DNA of 61,405 nucleotides, the filler included, from Platydemus manokwari (Eukaryota), in NCBI GenBank assembly GCA_037951405.1. It is 5 parts of 5 records of this genome, joined end to end, with 100 filler letters (N's around TTAATTAATTAA, not from the genome) between each part and the next. Parts side by side here need not be neighbours in the genome. Positions count along the whole stretch, not along the records: positions 1 to 10,946 come from JBBMOY011027746.1; positions 11,047 to 20,243 come from JBBMOY011284539.1; 3 more parts are not named here. One strand, written 5' to 3'. Both the position numbers and the translations under genes were made by a program. How positions within the stretch are numbered: position 1 is the first letter of the stretch; the number at the start of each line of letters is the position of its first letter. The notes beneath the pieces were generated by a model that had not been told where the DNA came from, ran no database searches, and worked only from the letters and a program-made list of their open reading frames with translations. Positions 1-14,200 of this stretch are shown piece by piece.

Positions 1-335
1 AGATAAAGTATTTAAAATATAAATACTAATTATAAAACTAAAATTATTTTTAGATCAGAGAAAATTCGCCAGAAGATTGGCTTTGTTATTGTTTGTTATT
101 ATTTCCTATTCTTATAGATTTCAGCAAAAATTTTCGACAAACTACGTGATGACTGCGAAACTGCGATTGTCAATTTTTAAGTGTGTTCACAGCGAGCCAA
201 TGAGCTCCAGTGTAATTAGGATTTGAGCCAAGCAAAATAAATCTTACAACGAAAAATCATTTCCTACTGACTGCTGGTTAAGAAAGAGAAATTTCTTTGT
301 TATGTAATAAATATTGACAACTTCATAAATAAATA

Positions 336-365
336 TGCGTGCGTGTGTGTGTTTGTGTGTGTGTG
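336..365. repeat. (GT)n microsatellite
   Basis: TGCGTGCGTGTGTGTGTTTGTGTGTGTGTG. Confidence 0.85.
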
Positions 366-3204
366 AAATATTTACTATTCACAAGAGAAAAACTTATAAA
401 ACTAGAGATTGATTTGTTTTTTATTATTGGAGAATCAACGCACATGATAGTTTCAATTATTTATTAACAAGAAATGTACTCTAAAATGATTTGCATGGTA
501 AAAATTAAAAAAAAATTTGTTACTAATAAAAATAACGTTAGACATTTTAAAAGTTGATTATTATCATTGCTTATTTTATCGTTTTGAGCCAATTTTGGTA
601 GGTCCTGCAGCCATAATTAGAATGTCACTAATGAAACCATATTGAATAAAAATCAATCATAATATCCAAATTACTTATTCATTGACTAGATTTCAGAATA
701 AATTGGGATCAAAATGAAAATTAATAACAAAATAAACATACTTTATTGGAAGCAGAATTGATTGGCAAAGTATTATCATTATCAAATCTAAAACTAGGTA
801 ATAAATAATATATTTTATCCTGAAAATGGAGAAATATCATTATACAAAATATCTATCATTGAAATATTTCGAGGCATCACTCACAGCCACTGTACCGGAA
901 TTATATACAAACATTCTATACAAATGTTATGATGATAATTTCAGGCATTACCTGTGACAGATGATTGCATATAAATTTAAAATTCGTTTTATAAATCCAT
1001 TCAAATTTATTTCCATTGATATTCACTAAATTTCGAATCAAATTGAAAATCAAAGTTCATTGAAAATCAAATTTTTTAAGCTTTTGACTTACAAGTCTTA
1101 CACCAAAGACTAAAGCTGTGAAGTCAGAGAGATTTTTTGGTCGAATTGTCGAAGAATATTAATTCATATTATACGGAATCCAAATTAATCTGTACTTCGA
1201 CAAATGGTTAGAAATAATAATTTTAGTGAAATAATTTTGCAAATTCTTATTTCTGTCAAATAAAATACCAATGATCAGAATTTATTTGAAATTAAATTAT
1301 TTAAAAACTGAACGATTTTTCAAGGAAATTCTGAATTTATTGTAATTCCTGAATCAATGGTTTTCGACGATTTATCTTTGTAAAATATACCTAATTTGAA
1401 ACAATAAAAGTAAAATTTTATATTTATTCATTATTTCATGTTTTAATTTTATTATTTAGTGTTGCAGTTCCATCTACATCCATTGGATAAAATAGAAAAT
1501 TCAAGGTCTTCATTTATGTCGAATTGACAGACTCTTGAAGGATTTAAGGAAAATTTATATGGAAATAAGCATAAACTGTTAAATTCCAACATTCTTTTGA
1601 TATTAATTTGCTTCAGGTTTGTAGTTTCTGTTTGATATTTGATTAATAATTTACAATTCAATTAAAGTAAATTTATTATATTATTTTACTAGATTTATAA
1701 TGTTAATAAAATCATTACGATTTTTAATTTACTTAAATTATCTGACTTAACGCCGTGTGCAAGATGATTCTTTATCTTTTATGAAATCGAGACAATCAAA
1801 GACGATTCAATTTAATTAGCAAATTTTCATTTAATTAATTAAGACATTATTTAAATTATATTATTATCAATGTCTTCTAGTGATATTTGTCATTATTTTA
1901 ATAAATTCGTTTTATTTTCGCTTGTTGTGTGGATCTAATCAAAATCCGAAATTACCTTAATGAGATAAATTAGACTTGACGTTTATTTCATTTTATAACT
2001 CATGTATGATGATTGAAAATTATATTTAATTAATCAGTCTCCAATTTATGAAACTTTCCAAATTTGCAGGATTAGAAATGTTATTATAAAAATAATTTTA
2101 GTAATATTATCTTGATGACCAATTTATGTTAAGTTTCGATTTTCATTTTAATAAACTATTAGTATCGTAATTATTTAAAAATTAATAATTTCAGCGGTCT
2201 CCCATGAATAGTTGTGTGTCATCGTTAAGTTTAGCTCATTTTAATTTATTCAAATTTAGAGTTTTTACAATAATTTTATGGTACAGATATATTTGGTTCA
2301 ATCAATAATTTATTTGTTTAACATATCCACGTTTTAATTCGTAACCAAGTGTACTTAGTAGATTTTATGAAATTCAAAGAAAGTTAAGAAGAAAGGGTCC
2401 TTTGACCCAATTTTAATGTAATGATTTTTCTCTCTTCAGTATTTCAGTAAATTCAAAGCTATGTCTTCGATGTCCGCAATTATATTTGGTCCGTTCAAAG
2501 TAAACCTTATCAATTACTACGATGCTAATAGGTGTAGAATCTACAATTTTTGTACCTTAATAAATAATTTTAAATTCTTAGTTTTATTTTAATAAAAATT
2601 GTCACAGTTTGCTGATTGTTAGTTTGCTTATGGAGGTCATTTCTTACAACATTATCTATGCATCACAAATACTTTATTCAGAATATCGAAAATGGGACAA
2701 GGCCTAATTGTTGAACCAAGTTTCTATTCGAATTCCGAAACTTCTTATATATTTCTGGCATCTCGACCTGTACGATTTATTCGATTTGAATGAAGTTTTA
2801 ATTTCATTATAGAATAGACAGGATTTGGATTTAAGTATACAATCTATTAAATAGATATTAATACACTTATTTTGAGATAAAATATAAGCACCTAGTTTCT
2901 CAATGATTTACAAATCAATTTTTTTTATAAAATAACCCTAAAATTCTTAGACATCGTTCCATTTGCTTTTAATGTTAAAAAAGGGGTCCTCGCTAATTTT
3001 CAATTAATTGGAATTTGACCTACTTTGACCCATTTTCCAACTAATAAATTTTTAGTAGATTTTAAAAATCCTGCGTTTATCAAATTCAATTATAAAAAAC
3101 TAAAAAAACTAAGTATTTTTAAAGAATATAATTAAAGAAAGTATTTAGATTTTTGCAATACACTCCACAAATTAAAATTTTCATTTTAATAGCCTTTTTC
3201 AACT

Positions 3205-3593
3205 AAGTTGTGACAAGGAAGACCGTTTAATGAAATCATAAAGGAAAATGTTGTAAATTTCGTAAAAGAGAATGATTGCACAAATAAACGAGAAATTGCA
3301 CGAGTGTGTTTCACTTCACAAACTTCTGTTTACAGATATGTCAAGGAAGAAAAAATAAAACCTTTCAAATATTCTTTTAATCCAGCATTGTCATAAGATG
3401 ATCTACATAGGATGTCTGAATTTTGATCTTGAAAAGTCAATGAAAACACTGTCAATTTCCATAGAAAGATTACTTTTTCAGAATAAACTTTATTTTATCT
3501 TAACGGTCTCGTATGAAAGCACAATCTCTTTTATTACTCTAAAGCGAATGAGCATCGTGTGTTTTAGCAACGGAGACTTATGAATCCCACCGT
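3205..3593 (+). mobile_element. Tc1/mariner-superfamily transposase relic (HTH region) with right terminal inverted repeat
   Basis: The frame from ~3217 reads GRPFNEIIKENVVNFVKENDCTNKREIARVCFTSQTSVYRYVKEEKIKPFK, a GRP + HTH pattern, and is then broken by stops. It ends in ...ACGGAGACTTATGAATCCCACCG|TA, the same TIR family as 5704..6219. Confidence 0.7.
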
Positions 3594-5703
3594 ATTTCTA
3601 CATTAATTGTTGATTGGGTTAAAGTAATTAATCACACGTTCCTTTTTCAAGTGGATTTCCGGAACCAAATGATTGCTGTGGGGATATAGAAGAAAATACG
3701 GGAATATTTCAGGCTATAAATTTCAGGAGATTCGTTGTTAGAAAATTCAGTGCCTTACTTTCTAGGTGTTTAAGAACATCCGTTGTAATCAAAATTTTAA
3801 ATTCGACATCATGGTTTTACTCTTTATTATTACAGTGTCTATAAGTTTTAGTGTACTTTCTGTTAAGCTTTTTGAGATTTTGTGCACCAACTATATTATC
3901 AAGTTCTTCTATACTTAACCAATTATTGCATCAACTTTTCTTTGATTTAGTTTTTACTACTGTTGGAGATTGTTGCTGTTTTAACATTGTTTTATGAATA
4001 TTTTCGAACTGAGTGAACCTGATTGGTTCAGACTCTTCACATCCTAGTTTATTTTCCGGTTTTTCTTTGAAAACCTATCTTCTTTCATTCGGTTCTCTGA
4101 CAGGGTATATTTGTGGTAGATTTGTATTAGGGGATGGCGATTGCAAGGACTTTATTGATTCAACATTAGCTCAACATTTTCATGTAATGATTACAGAATC
4201 TCGAATCATAATATCCATTTATTATCTTTATTCTATTAAGATATATTACAAATTAATTACAAGACATTTCAATGATAACTAAAATACTTCATTTTCTACA
4301 TATCGTTTTCTTAGAGCTCCACATCAATGTACATATGTTTGAAAATACGGTGAATAGGTGTTTAATAGCTTTTTTATTTATTTATCTCTGTACCACCAAA
4401 TCTTTTCATGCTTTTGCACCACTTATCATTGTTTTCCTGATCAAAGCATAACTTTATCGAGGCTTCCAATTTATTTATTTATTATTATTGTTCTTTCTTA
4501 TATACCAGATGCTCGTATAGGTCTATAACTTATCATTATTATATTATATAAATCATTTTATTTTATTGTTAATGTTCTTGTTTGAGAAAATATAACTATT
4601 TGATTACTTGTAAAAATAAGAGAGCACACAAAAAATGAATTTGCCATGTACTAATTCTTGATGAATTGGATTGGATCTTTACACAATTTTTTACATCAGT
4701 CTTTACCATACAATGGGTTATACCTCTATGTATAATTAACCGTTTTATGTACACAATTATAAACATAGAATTTAAGGTACACAAAACCACCTTTAAATAT
4801 AGTATTTATTAAGCTACTTTTCAGTACCAGATATATCAATAAAAGTAATCGAAAATTAAAAAGGCAAATGTAATACAATTTCTTATTCGGTTGAACATGA
4901 ATTGAAACGAGATATTAAAGAAATGCAATGATATTATAAATCGTCAATGGTAAATTACGTCAAGTACCGGGAAGTCCTAATATCGGAGATTAATGATTAA
5001 AAGAATCTAATCAGTAAAAAACCTAACAGGAAAAGGTCAGGCCGAGTGCTCTATGAATTCTGTATGATTATATAGAGAAAATAGAAGATATATAAGAGAT
5101 ATATTATCTTAAAATAATAATTTTTTCCATTCAAAAAAATTACATTATTTTTCAATCAGTAATAGCTCCAGTTATCGGTTTAATTTAAATGTACTTCAAC
5201 AATAATTTACTGCACAAATATATCCTTTAATAAAGCCTTATAACATAATTACTCTGAGGTTCTGTTAGAATAATGTCTGCCCATCAATGATTTGTGGCTA
5301 ATTGTATACTTGGTAGGCTGTTTTTCTTTATTATACAATGTGCCCCATGTAGTATCGTTTGTTTTGCACCCAAATGTATACTAGAAGTTTCTATGGGGAA
5401 CTTTATTTCGAAAATAAACTGCGACGTTTGTCTCCAAAACTTGGTCTGGAGTTTTTTGTGCGATTCTGACAATGAACTGTTGGCTTAAATGACGTAGCTA
5501 CTGGATCGACAAAGCATATTGATTTAATGGATGTGTTTATTTGTTCAGATTCTCCGAGAACAAATACTCCGATCGAGTGAGATGAATAATTTTACTTTGT
5601 CTATGCTTTTCTTTTGATTTGAAATAAATCTAATTAAAGAAATTCGAACCATTCCGAATATTTGAAAAGGTTTGAATTATTTATTATTTTTATATTGATT
5701 ATA

Positions 5704-6219
5704 CCGTGCGATTCATAAGCCTCCGCCTCTAAAACTAAAATAAAACAACAGTTAGAACATACTAAATGTATTGAGTTACTAGAAAGCACAAAAAACACAA
5801 TATCAGTAAGAAAAAACAGCGATAAATAATAAGCAATTTTTCATTCTCCTTTTCAAAATTTACTATCTTTTACTTCATGATTCCCTCAAACGGTCTTCCT
5901 TATCGCAACCTAATGAATAAATTTATGGTTTCTTCAAACTCCTGTTTCCAATATTGTGCACGATTGAAAAGGTGTTAAAATTGTTTGCAAGCTTTGACAC
6001 TATTCTGGTATACTATTGCATGGCTAACTATAAACACTCTACCCGCAAACGAAAATTTAACATCACCAGCTGCTTCTACCGTATTATAATGATGCAACTG
6101 ATTAATAAGAAATAAGAAATAAAGTACATCAATCAGTGAATAATAATTAATATCAATGAGTATGAATATGTGAGTTGTTTTATTTTAGTTTTAGAGACGG
6201 AGACTTATGAATCGCATGA
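5704..6219 (-). mobile_element. Internally deleted Tc1/mariner element (~516 bp) with ~46-bp TIRs and TA target duplication
   Basis: The left end TA|CCGTGCGATTCATAAGCCTCCGCCTCTAAAACTAAAATAAAACAAC is an inverted copy of the right end GTTGTTTTATTTTAGTTTTAGAGACGGAGACTTATGAATCGCATGA|TA. Internal 5855-5909 (minus) is homologous to 3207-3260. Confidence 0.85.
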
Positions 6220-7949
6220 TATATTGACTATTATCTCTTTTTGGAGGGACTCCACATTATTATAGGTTATTCTATATCGTTTTTATTTCACTGAAAATTC
6301 TGCAAAAAATGGTCAATCTCATTTATGGTTTTAGTTAGGAAATCAATAATATTTATGTTTAGATTTCCCACCAATTATAAGACAAGTATTTGAACTTATT
6401 GTACTTATTAAATTAAATTCCTTTTTTCTCTCTTTAACTGATAATTTCTATATTTTTCCTTATCTTATCTATTTTATAAAAACTATTAAAATCAATATTC
6501 ATCACTCTATTAGGTATCTCATAGTTTCAACGATAAGATAAACTTGTGCAAAACATTTCTTCATACGAATTCATTGTTTACAGAACTAGGTTGGATATTG
6601 ATTTGGTTTATAACGTTAATCGATTCATCATAAATTATAAATCGAAAAGGAAAAACAATTATCACTCATCTCAGTAATTAATTCCTTCTAGCTATAGCGA
6701 ATTCTTACTCTTAATGTCTAATCGCCTGAAGCATGATTTCAAACATATTTCAATTTTAATGAGAATTGTACCGTTTAGTAATCATTATGTTTTACGTTGC
6801 AATCAATAGATAATTATCGATATTATTCAGAACGACTGGGTATTATTTATATTAAATATAACAACTATCGATTCCTTGGTTGCCGTAAATGGAATCTAAT
6901 TAATGAGAAGGAAAACCATTACTCCTTTCTTCCATATTATCTGCTTAATGAAAATGGATTTTTAATCCGGCAAATCAAATTTCGTAATTGATTTTCTGGA
7001 AAATTGATATTTGTTATTCATATATCACGAAAAATCACAGATATCAATGCTGTATATTTATTTGAAAAACATTTCGTGAATTACTTTCTAACATTAAAAA
7101 TGTGGTGATATTCTGCACAAACGTTTCCGGCAAACACATAGCGATTTCCAAATGTTTTAATTTTATTTAATTAGCTATGTTTATGCAATAAATAACAGCT
7201 ATTTAAAATGTCTATTTGTCACGAATTAGAACTAAAACCCCATTTGCACAGAGTAAAATCGTCAATCGAAAATGCAGATTAGATTGCGTGAGTTAAGAAT
7301 TTATGGTTAAATGATAAAAATTGTCTTTATCAATACCGTAAAGGCTTTCACAATTAATGGCTTTTTAAAGATTATTTGCCGACTTTAAATTTAAAATAAA
7401 ACTTTAATTATCAACAATAAGTAATCAATAATTGTAATTCGAATTAATTATATTTAATCGATAAAATATTTTTTGTAATTAATATTTCATAATTATTATT
7501 ACTCAGACTTCTTGATCTCCAGTTTTCTAATTCAATTGCTCTCATTCGTTACCGCTATAGAAACCGATGAATCACACAGTATTTCAATATCTGAGCAGTT
7601 GCATACTCTTGTGCAATCGCATTTTATCACGTATGCTGTTTCAATAAATTTATTATTAAAATATGAAATTTAAACTTATTATTTCATCAATAATTTTAAT
7701 CAATAATGTTATATTGGATCAACGCACGATAATAATTTATTACTGGAAATTATATAAATGATTATATAATTATATATACTTACAATAATAATGTTTTTTA
7801 TATATTGTGACAAATATAAATAATCAATATTTATAATCAATATAATAATTATTATCAATATTATCAACATAATAATAAAAAATATAATTATTATTATTCA
7901 AAATATATTGATATGGCCATCACCAACAAATGGAAAAACAAAGAAAAAC

Positions 7950-8720
7950 TCAATTGACGAGACATCGAATCAGAAGACAATTATTCTTCCAAGCCGATCC
8001 AAACAAATCGTAAGGTGTGAACTTGAACGGCGTCTCATGAACAGAAGTCGATGTTCGAAAGAGAAGAACTTTTTTTTCAGTCTTGAAAAATTGTCCATTG
8101 TTTTGATTGACGATTCCGATTTGTACATCGAATTCGACCGGCCATTGCAAACTCTTGTCATTGGCGCCCTGCACCATTTTGATATTAATTGCAATGCCAT
8201 TTCTGAACCAATAACGTTCCGGAACCAATTGCAATCGCATTTTATATCCCTTTTCATGACTGTAAAATGCATCACTCTGTTGTGATGATAGATCAAAAAT
8301 GCGCCAATCAAAACAGCCCTGATTATTGCGTCTCGCATTGGATTCAATATCGGTAATTCTTGTCGAAAATGTGGATAATTTTTGATCAATATCTAGATGA
8401 GTTTGTCGTAATTCACTTTGCAATGTAATCACCATGTTCTACAATAAATTGATTTCAATTAGCCTACATTTGTTTAAATTTTGGTACTTTCAATTCAAGA
8501 TTACGTTCATCGATTTTGGAATTTATTTCTCTAATAGCTTCTGCCTAAGATAGCTAATTGATTTTCCATAATAAAAATTTATCGTTTACTTGATGTAAAA
8601 TAATCTGATCGAGTTTCTTTGTTATTGATCCAAGATCTTTCTGTAAAATTGATTATGAATGCCAGTTTTAAAACTAATTAAAATTACATCATCCAGTCCG
8701 TCGTTGCCATTGTCTAACAT
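7950..8720 (-). CDS. TRAF-like protein: coiled coil + MATH/TRAF-C domain, no RING/zinc finger seen (~209 aa)
   Basis: Exons 8720-8688, 8640-8590, 8544-8488 and 8438-7950 are joined by phase-0 GT-AG introns of 47, 45 and 49 bp. The protein reads MLDNGNDGLDD-KDLGSITKKLDQIILHQ-AEAIREINSKIDERNLELK-NMVITLQSEL...GCFDWRI...SDAFYSHEKGYKMRLQL...MVQGANDKSLQWP...NNCLLIRCLV, with typical TRAF-domain motifs. A further upstream exon is possible (acceptor at 8726-8727). Confidence 0.85.
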
Positions 8721-10946
8721 ATTTCCTAGAAAAAATAATCATTATCGATTACCGAATCTTATTAAACAGACCAACTTATTTGAAAATTAACGAATCCACT
8801 TAAATTATCCGGTAATTACTTTTACTTAAAAAAACAAATATCTCATTTTATGAATCAGTTGATATTTCTTTTAAAATATTAACCCACATAAAAGTGAAAG
8901 GAAATTTCATAAAATTTATGTGATTCATTTACAACAACATGGTTTTTCTTTCAGAATCTTTCTATATTAATGATTAAATTTATTTTTCATTACATAGTCA
9001 TTTTATTTGAAATGTAATATAAGCATATTGGGCTTTAAGGGATAAAATATCTCGAGCATAATTAGAAAAAACTACAAGTGGATTACAATTTGAATTTATT
9101 TGAAATTATTTTAGATATAAAATAATCACTGAAGGTATAAGGTTTGTAACCTTAAACGAAATAATACAACATTTTAAAATCTTAAAAGTTCTTCCTCGAA
9201 ATCTTTCTAGAGCTCTTTGAAAATTTTTACATTTATTAATTATATAATAAAAATATTATTGCGTCACACTGGAGAATGTTCTGTAGAATGTTTTCGTGGA
9301 TTGAATATATTCTTCCAGCGAATATTGGATAATGTGACCCTGTGATTATTTCATAATGATTTTGAAATTTAGCCCACGTTTTAAAGATTGGTTTTGGTTC
9401 ATTGACTTGATGGGATACTAATGAACAATTAGCTAATTGCTGATATCAAAAACTAGAAGGCTAAAATTTTATTTCGACTGCATTCTTTTTGCATCACGAC
9501 TTATAAAATACACTCAACATACTTCCCATAATACAAACAAAACCTAGCCTACAAATGATAGTTGGTCATCTTTACATTGATATTTATATTTGATATCTGC
9601 GTGTAGTATTTTGTGTCATATTGTATCACATTTTGATTCGATATTTGCTTTGCCATGTTCCTATTGAGCTTTTAAGTTTGTACATGAGTGGTATTGGTCA
9701 GTGCCTGTGTGTGGTGTTATGTGGCTATGCTCCTTTTTTCCAATTATCGCGCACCATATAACTCGGCCTTGATTGGTTGATTGCTATGCCTGTATGGTTG
9801 TGTAGCATACAAATGTTGCAATTGTTTAAACAAGGATTCCACAGTAAAAAAATCGTTTTTCTTTTGCAGAATTTGTCCTAAATAAATCTTTATGTTAAAT
9901 AACTTAAAATATGAATTGAAGTTGAAAAAACGATAACAAATCTTGAATTTTATAAAGCAATGTAGGTCATAAAGTTTTTTATTCAGTTAAATTAGTATTA
10001 ACTTTATTCTATGCAGCTATACTGGAAAAATGCAATTATTTTTCACTATTTACTCGTTCCGAATTTCGTGTCAAACCACAACTTTAGTTGACAACATTAC
10101 TGTGCTTCGGTAGTCTATTTTTGGCACTGATATAGTTGCCGTACTCATATTTTCGCTGAATTTTTCATGACCTTGAGGTCTGTTCAATAATTTACTATTT
10201 CACCAGCTTAGTCAAAATCAAGGAAAAATTTATATTTATGTTGTTTTTGTTGAAAAACTTTTTTTCTTCTTATTAATGCTTATTAACTTGTTAATGCTTA
10301 TTTGTTTGTGTTAAAATTTTTATTAATAGAGTTTGTTATTCCAACGGATCACTTGATTAACTCGGATGGGAAGGTGCCCACAAATATCTTATACTCATTA
10401 TTTAGCTAAAATCTGGTGCTTACTCTCAAAATGTTTATTTGTTTATGTTTATCTTTGATGTACATCATTTCTCTAATTCGCGGCTCATTTGATTTAACTT
10501 TCAAAATTATATTCTCTGTTAATTTTGAACGGTACGGAACAATTACTTATTTAACTGCAAGCTCTATGGATTTCAGTGCTACTAATTATCTACTTTTTAA
10601 TGAAGTAATTTAATCGTCATTTTCCAGTTATTTAATGATGAGCAAATCGGATATAATCTTTTGGATTACTCTCCAAGAAATGTGAGTTTTTTGTACAGGT
10701 GCATTCTCATCGAATGAACATCAATTGATTAATATAATGGAAAAATTTTATGTAATAGATTTTACCCTTTCCACAGCGTTGTGAAATTATTTGATGGGTT
10801 TTTTAATGGATTGTATTGGTTGCGAATTAGCATCTATTGGTTTAATATTGGCCTGTAAACCAAATATAAGTATTGGGTCTATAACTTAATAACCGGAATT
10901 TGACACCAGATGTAAACACTTGTGTGTGTGCTGTAGCAAATCATTA

Positions 10947-11046
10947 NNNNNNNNNNNNNNNNNNNNNNNNNNNNNNNNNNNNNNNNNNNNTTAATTAATT
11001 AANNNNNNNNNNNNNNNNNNNNNNNNNNNNNNNNNNNNNNNNNNNN
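10947..11046. other. Assembly gap/linker (44 N + TTAATTAATTAA + 44 N)
   Basis: Identical 100-bp structure at four sites; the 12-mer carries stop codons in all six frames. Confidence 0.98.
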
Positions 11047-11195
11047 ACTAATAACAATTAATAATAATAATAATTTATAATAATAATAATTAATAACCTA
11101 AGAATAATAGCTGTAATGATATTAATAATTAAATAACAATATTAATAATAATTATTATTATTGTAGTGATAATATTTATTATAATAATACAATCA
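11047..11195. repeat. AAT/ATT microsatellite-like low-complexity tract at contig edge
   Basis: Imperfect (AAT)n then (ATT)n next to the gap. Confidence 0.8.
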
Positions 11196-11263
11196 TCATT
11201 ATATTTTCATCAAAATTTACATCAAATCTTTAGAAATTTTTATTCTATTTTTTTTATATCAAG

Positions 11264-14200
11264 TTAATAATTCAAACAAGAAACTTATATGGATAATTAC
11301 TCGTAAGATCGATGGAATTATCAAATGTTTCAATTCTAAGATGCTTGATTCCGTTTTCGTGTTGTCAGAGGAAAATTTGAAACAAATTGCCACTTCAGTA
11401 GAAATATCTCGTGCGACTAGTGATGTTATGCAAATTGAAAAAAGTAACCTCAAAATGATAATTTCTGCTTATTTGATTTATTATCCGCATTATACAAATT
11501 ATCATTTCCATTTATCTAGTATTCCGCTGTTCTCTTACTGGATTTCATCATCATTCAACACTGTTATTGGAAATTTTGAACAAAAATCCTCAGATATCCA
11601 GTGCAATAATCTGGCGTGTTGTTTATATCAATTCTGTGATAATGATTCGAAAATTGCTCGGATGTCGCGGAATCAGTACGTGGAAACAAATTCCAACGAG
11701 TATTGTCAAAGATCAGTTGATCTATTTGAATTCTATTGATTTACAAAAGTCCTTTGAAAATCCATCGGATATCGAAATGATTATCACGGAGTTGATGGAG
11801 GTATTCGAAATTATTCTTTCCCTACCATTTCAATTCTCAATGTTGTTTTTATTCTTTTAGTTGGTTTTTATCAAGTTATATTTCTCCACAACCGATACTC
11901 GCATGATCAAAACAATGAGTCAGCTGATTTTTCAAAACATATCATCGAACACTGTCGATATAAATCATATAAAGATCACTTTTCCAACATTTCAACCAGG
12001 TATGTGGAATTATCAAATATATTCATCGTGTGTATGGAGATGAGTGCTTTTTCGAGATCAATCTTGTTTCATGTGTAATCAAGCATAATAATCATATTAT
12101 ATTTTTAGTAATATGGGTTTATTTAATTTGATATTAAAATTTTGATGAACATTTATGATTCTCAAATATTTCTCGCTCTTCTAACAGTTACATAAATAAT
12201 CATGTTTATGAGAATCTTTAAATAAATATCACCATAAATCGATATCCCATTATCAAGATTGGAACCGTTTATTTACAAAACACAATATATTTGTGAATAT
12301 CATACGAATAATAAGATAATCGGATCAAAAATTCAATACTTTGTTTCTGTTTTTTACAAAAGGATAAATGATCTCTAACTTCATGGTAATAGCGGAGAGA
12401 ACACACCAAATAATATATTGGGAAAAATATATATTTTAAATAATTACTCTAGTTATCGATTCTTAATATTATCATTAAAATAAAAGGATTTTATTATACA
12501 ACCTTATTCAAAATAAATTAAACTAAAACAAGTTAGTTCAGCTAACTTAATAAAGAATTATTAAGCCGATTTATTGAAATAAAACGCACAGCACTTTACC
12601 TGCAAACCCTTAAGTCAACTTAATGCCAATATTCGCCTACTTTTGTACGGATTACTTTTACTTCACAAATGAGCCACACGTCTGTCAGAATCAGAGGTTA
12701 ATAATGATGACATAAAGGTCACTGTTGAGTCTGACTCATTCTAGAGTGTCTGAATTATCGTTAGAAAACAGACAATATTAATTCATTTAGTTCAAATCGG
12801 TAAAGTGAAAAAGTTTGACAAATGGATTGCACATGAACCGATTGAAAACCAGAAACAAAAGCCATTGAAAGCTTGCTTTGTGTTGCTTTATCTTCACAAT
12901 TTTGATTCATTTTTGAATTGAATTGTCAGGTGCGATGACAAATAGATCCAATATGAATCCAATTGCAAAAATTTAGCAAAGTTGTTGGACAAAGAAGAAT
13001 CACCGAAACACTTAAGAGGCTAATTATGAGTGTTTGGTGGTCCTCGGCAGTTAGTGATTCATTATGATTTCATGAAACATGACTCATCGATCACAGAGAA
13101 ATATACTGTAACCAATCAGACAGTGTGATGCAAAACCTTAAAGTAAAAAAGACTGGATTGTTCAACAAATAGGCTCCTATCTTTATGCGCGTTTACCTTA
13201 GACCACATACTGCACAAATTTCTGGCAAAACTACAAAAGGTTAAATTTGAAATTTCTTAATCATCCTTCATACTCAACAGTCTTAACCCAATTGACTACA
13301 ACTCTATTAAAAAAAATAATTCAATTATACCACCGGCCTGAGACAAAATCAACATTGATCATTCGACAAAGAAATTTCTTTCATTTATAAACCAAAATAA
13401 TCCTGAATCTCGATTAGTTAGTCGACAACACTCGAAATGGTTTCGCTGCTAGTCTATTTCCTCTGGCTTCATCAGATATTAATTAGATTTTATCGAACTT
13501 CTTATTTCTTTTTGCACTTACATTAATAATTAAGCAAATTAATAAACATATATTTTTATAGAGAAATCCCTCGACGATATATATATATAATGTGTGTATG
13601 TGTGTGTGTAAAAAACAACAAAATATGTTTGGACTTAATAATTAACCTTTATTCAGATATAACTGCTAACATTAAAGCCCTTCTCGAACAACCATGGTTC
13701 ACTGATGCCAACATGAATAAGCTTACATGTACGGAATTTGAGAGCTCAATCGATATCAATCTCAGTAAATCTTATAAAAACCTGCACATAATTGAATCAT
13801 TTTTGAATTGCTTGACTCATTATCCGAATAATATTGAAGATTCTCAATCATTTGATACCCAATACGTCTCGACCAGAAATAAACGCATCTGGATGATATC
13901 GAAAAATAAACTCCGAGCTAAAGCTCTTTATGTGACAGAAAGAATTCCCGCTATGATTGATTCGAAGAATTTAAATTTGGAAAGTTTTCAATTCCATTAT
14001 TATTCTGCGATAACCTTAAAGAATAAATCTCGTACAAGAGAAATCGATATCACACTTGAGGTTAATAAATTTTATCTATAAATATTATTATTTAGATTTA
14101 TTTCTTATTATCATCGACGATTTATAAATATTTTTTGAGCTCCGTCGACAGACATCATGATTAACATCGATCTTATGAGACTTTTTCATTTTGTATGTGT

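Noticed and set aside
5200-5490. LINE apurinic endonuclease start (ADIILTEP) on the minus strand
   Set aside because: Single weak motif with no downstream EN/RT support.
7908-8389. ORFs 7908..8285 (+) and 7970..8389 (-)
   Set aside because: Shadow or alternative frames of the TRAF-domain exon.
10991-11002. TTAATTAATTAA palindrome recurring four times (10991, 20288, 31717, 49543)
   Set aside because: Always centred in exactly 44+44 N; it is an artificial six-frame-stop scaffold linker, not biology.
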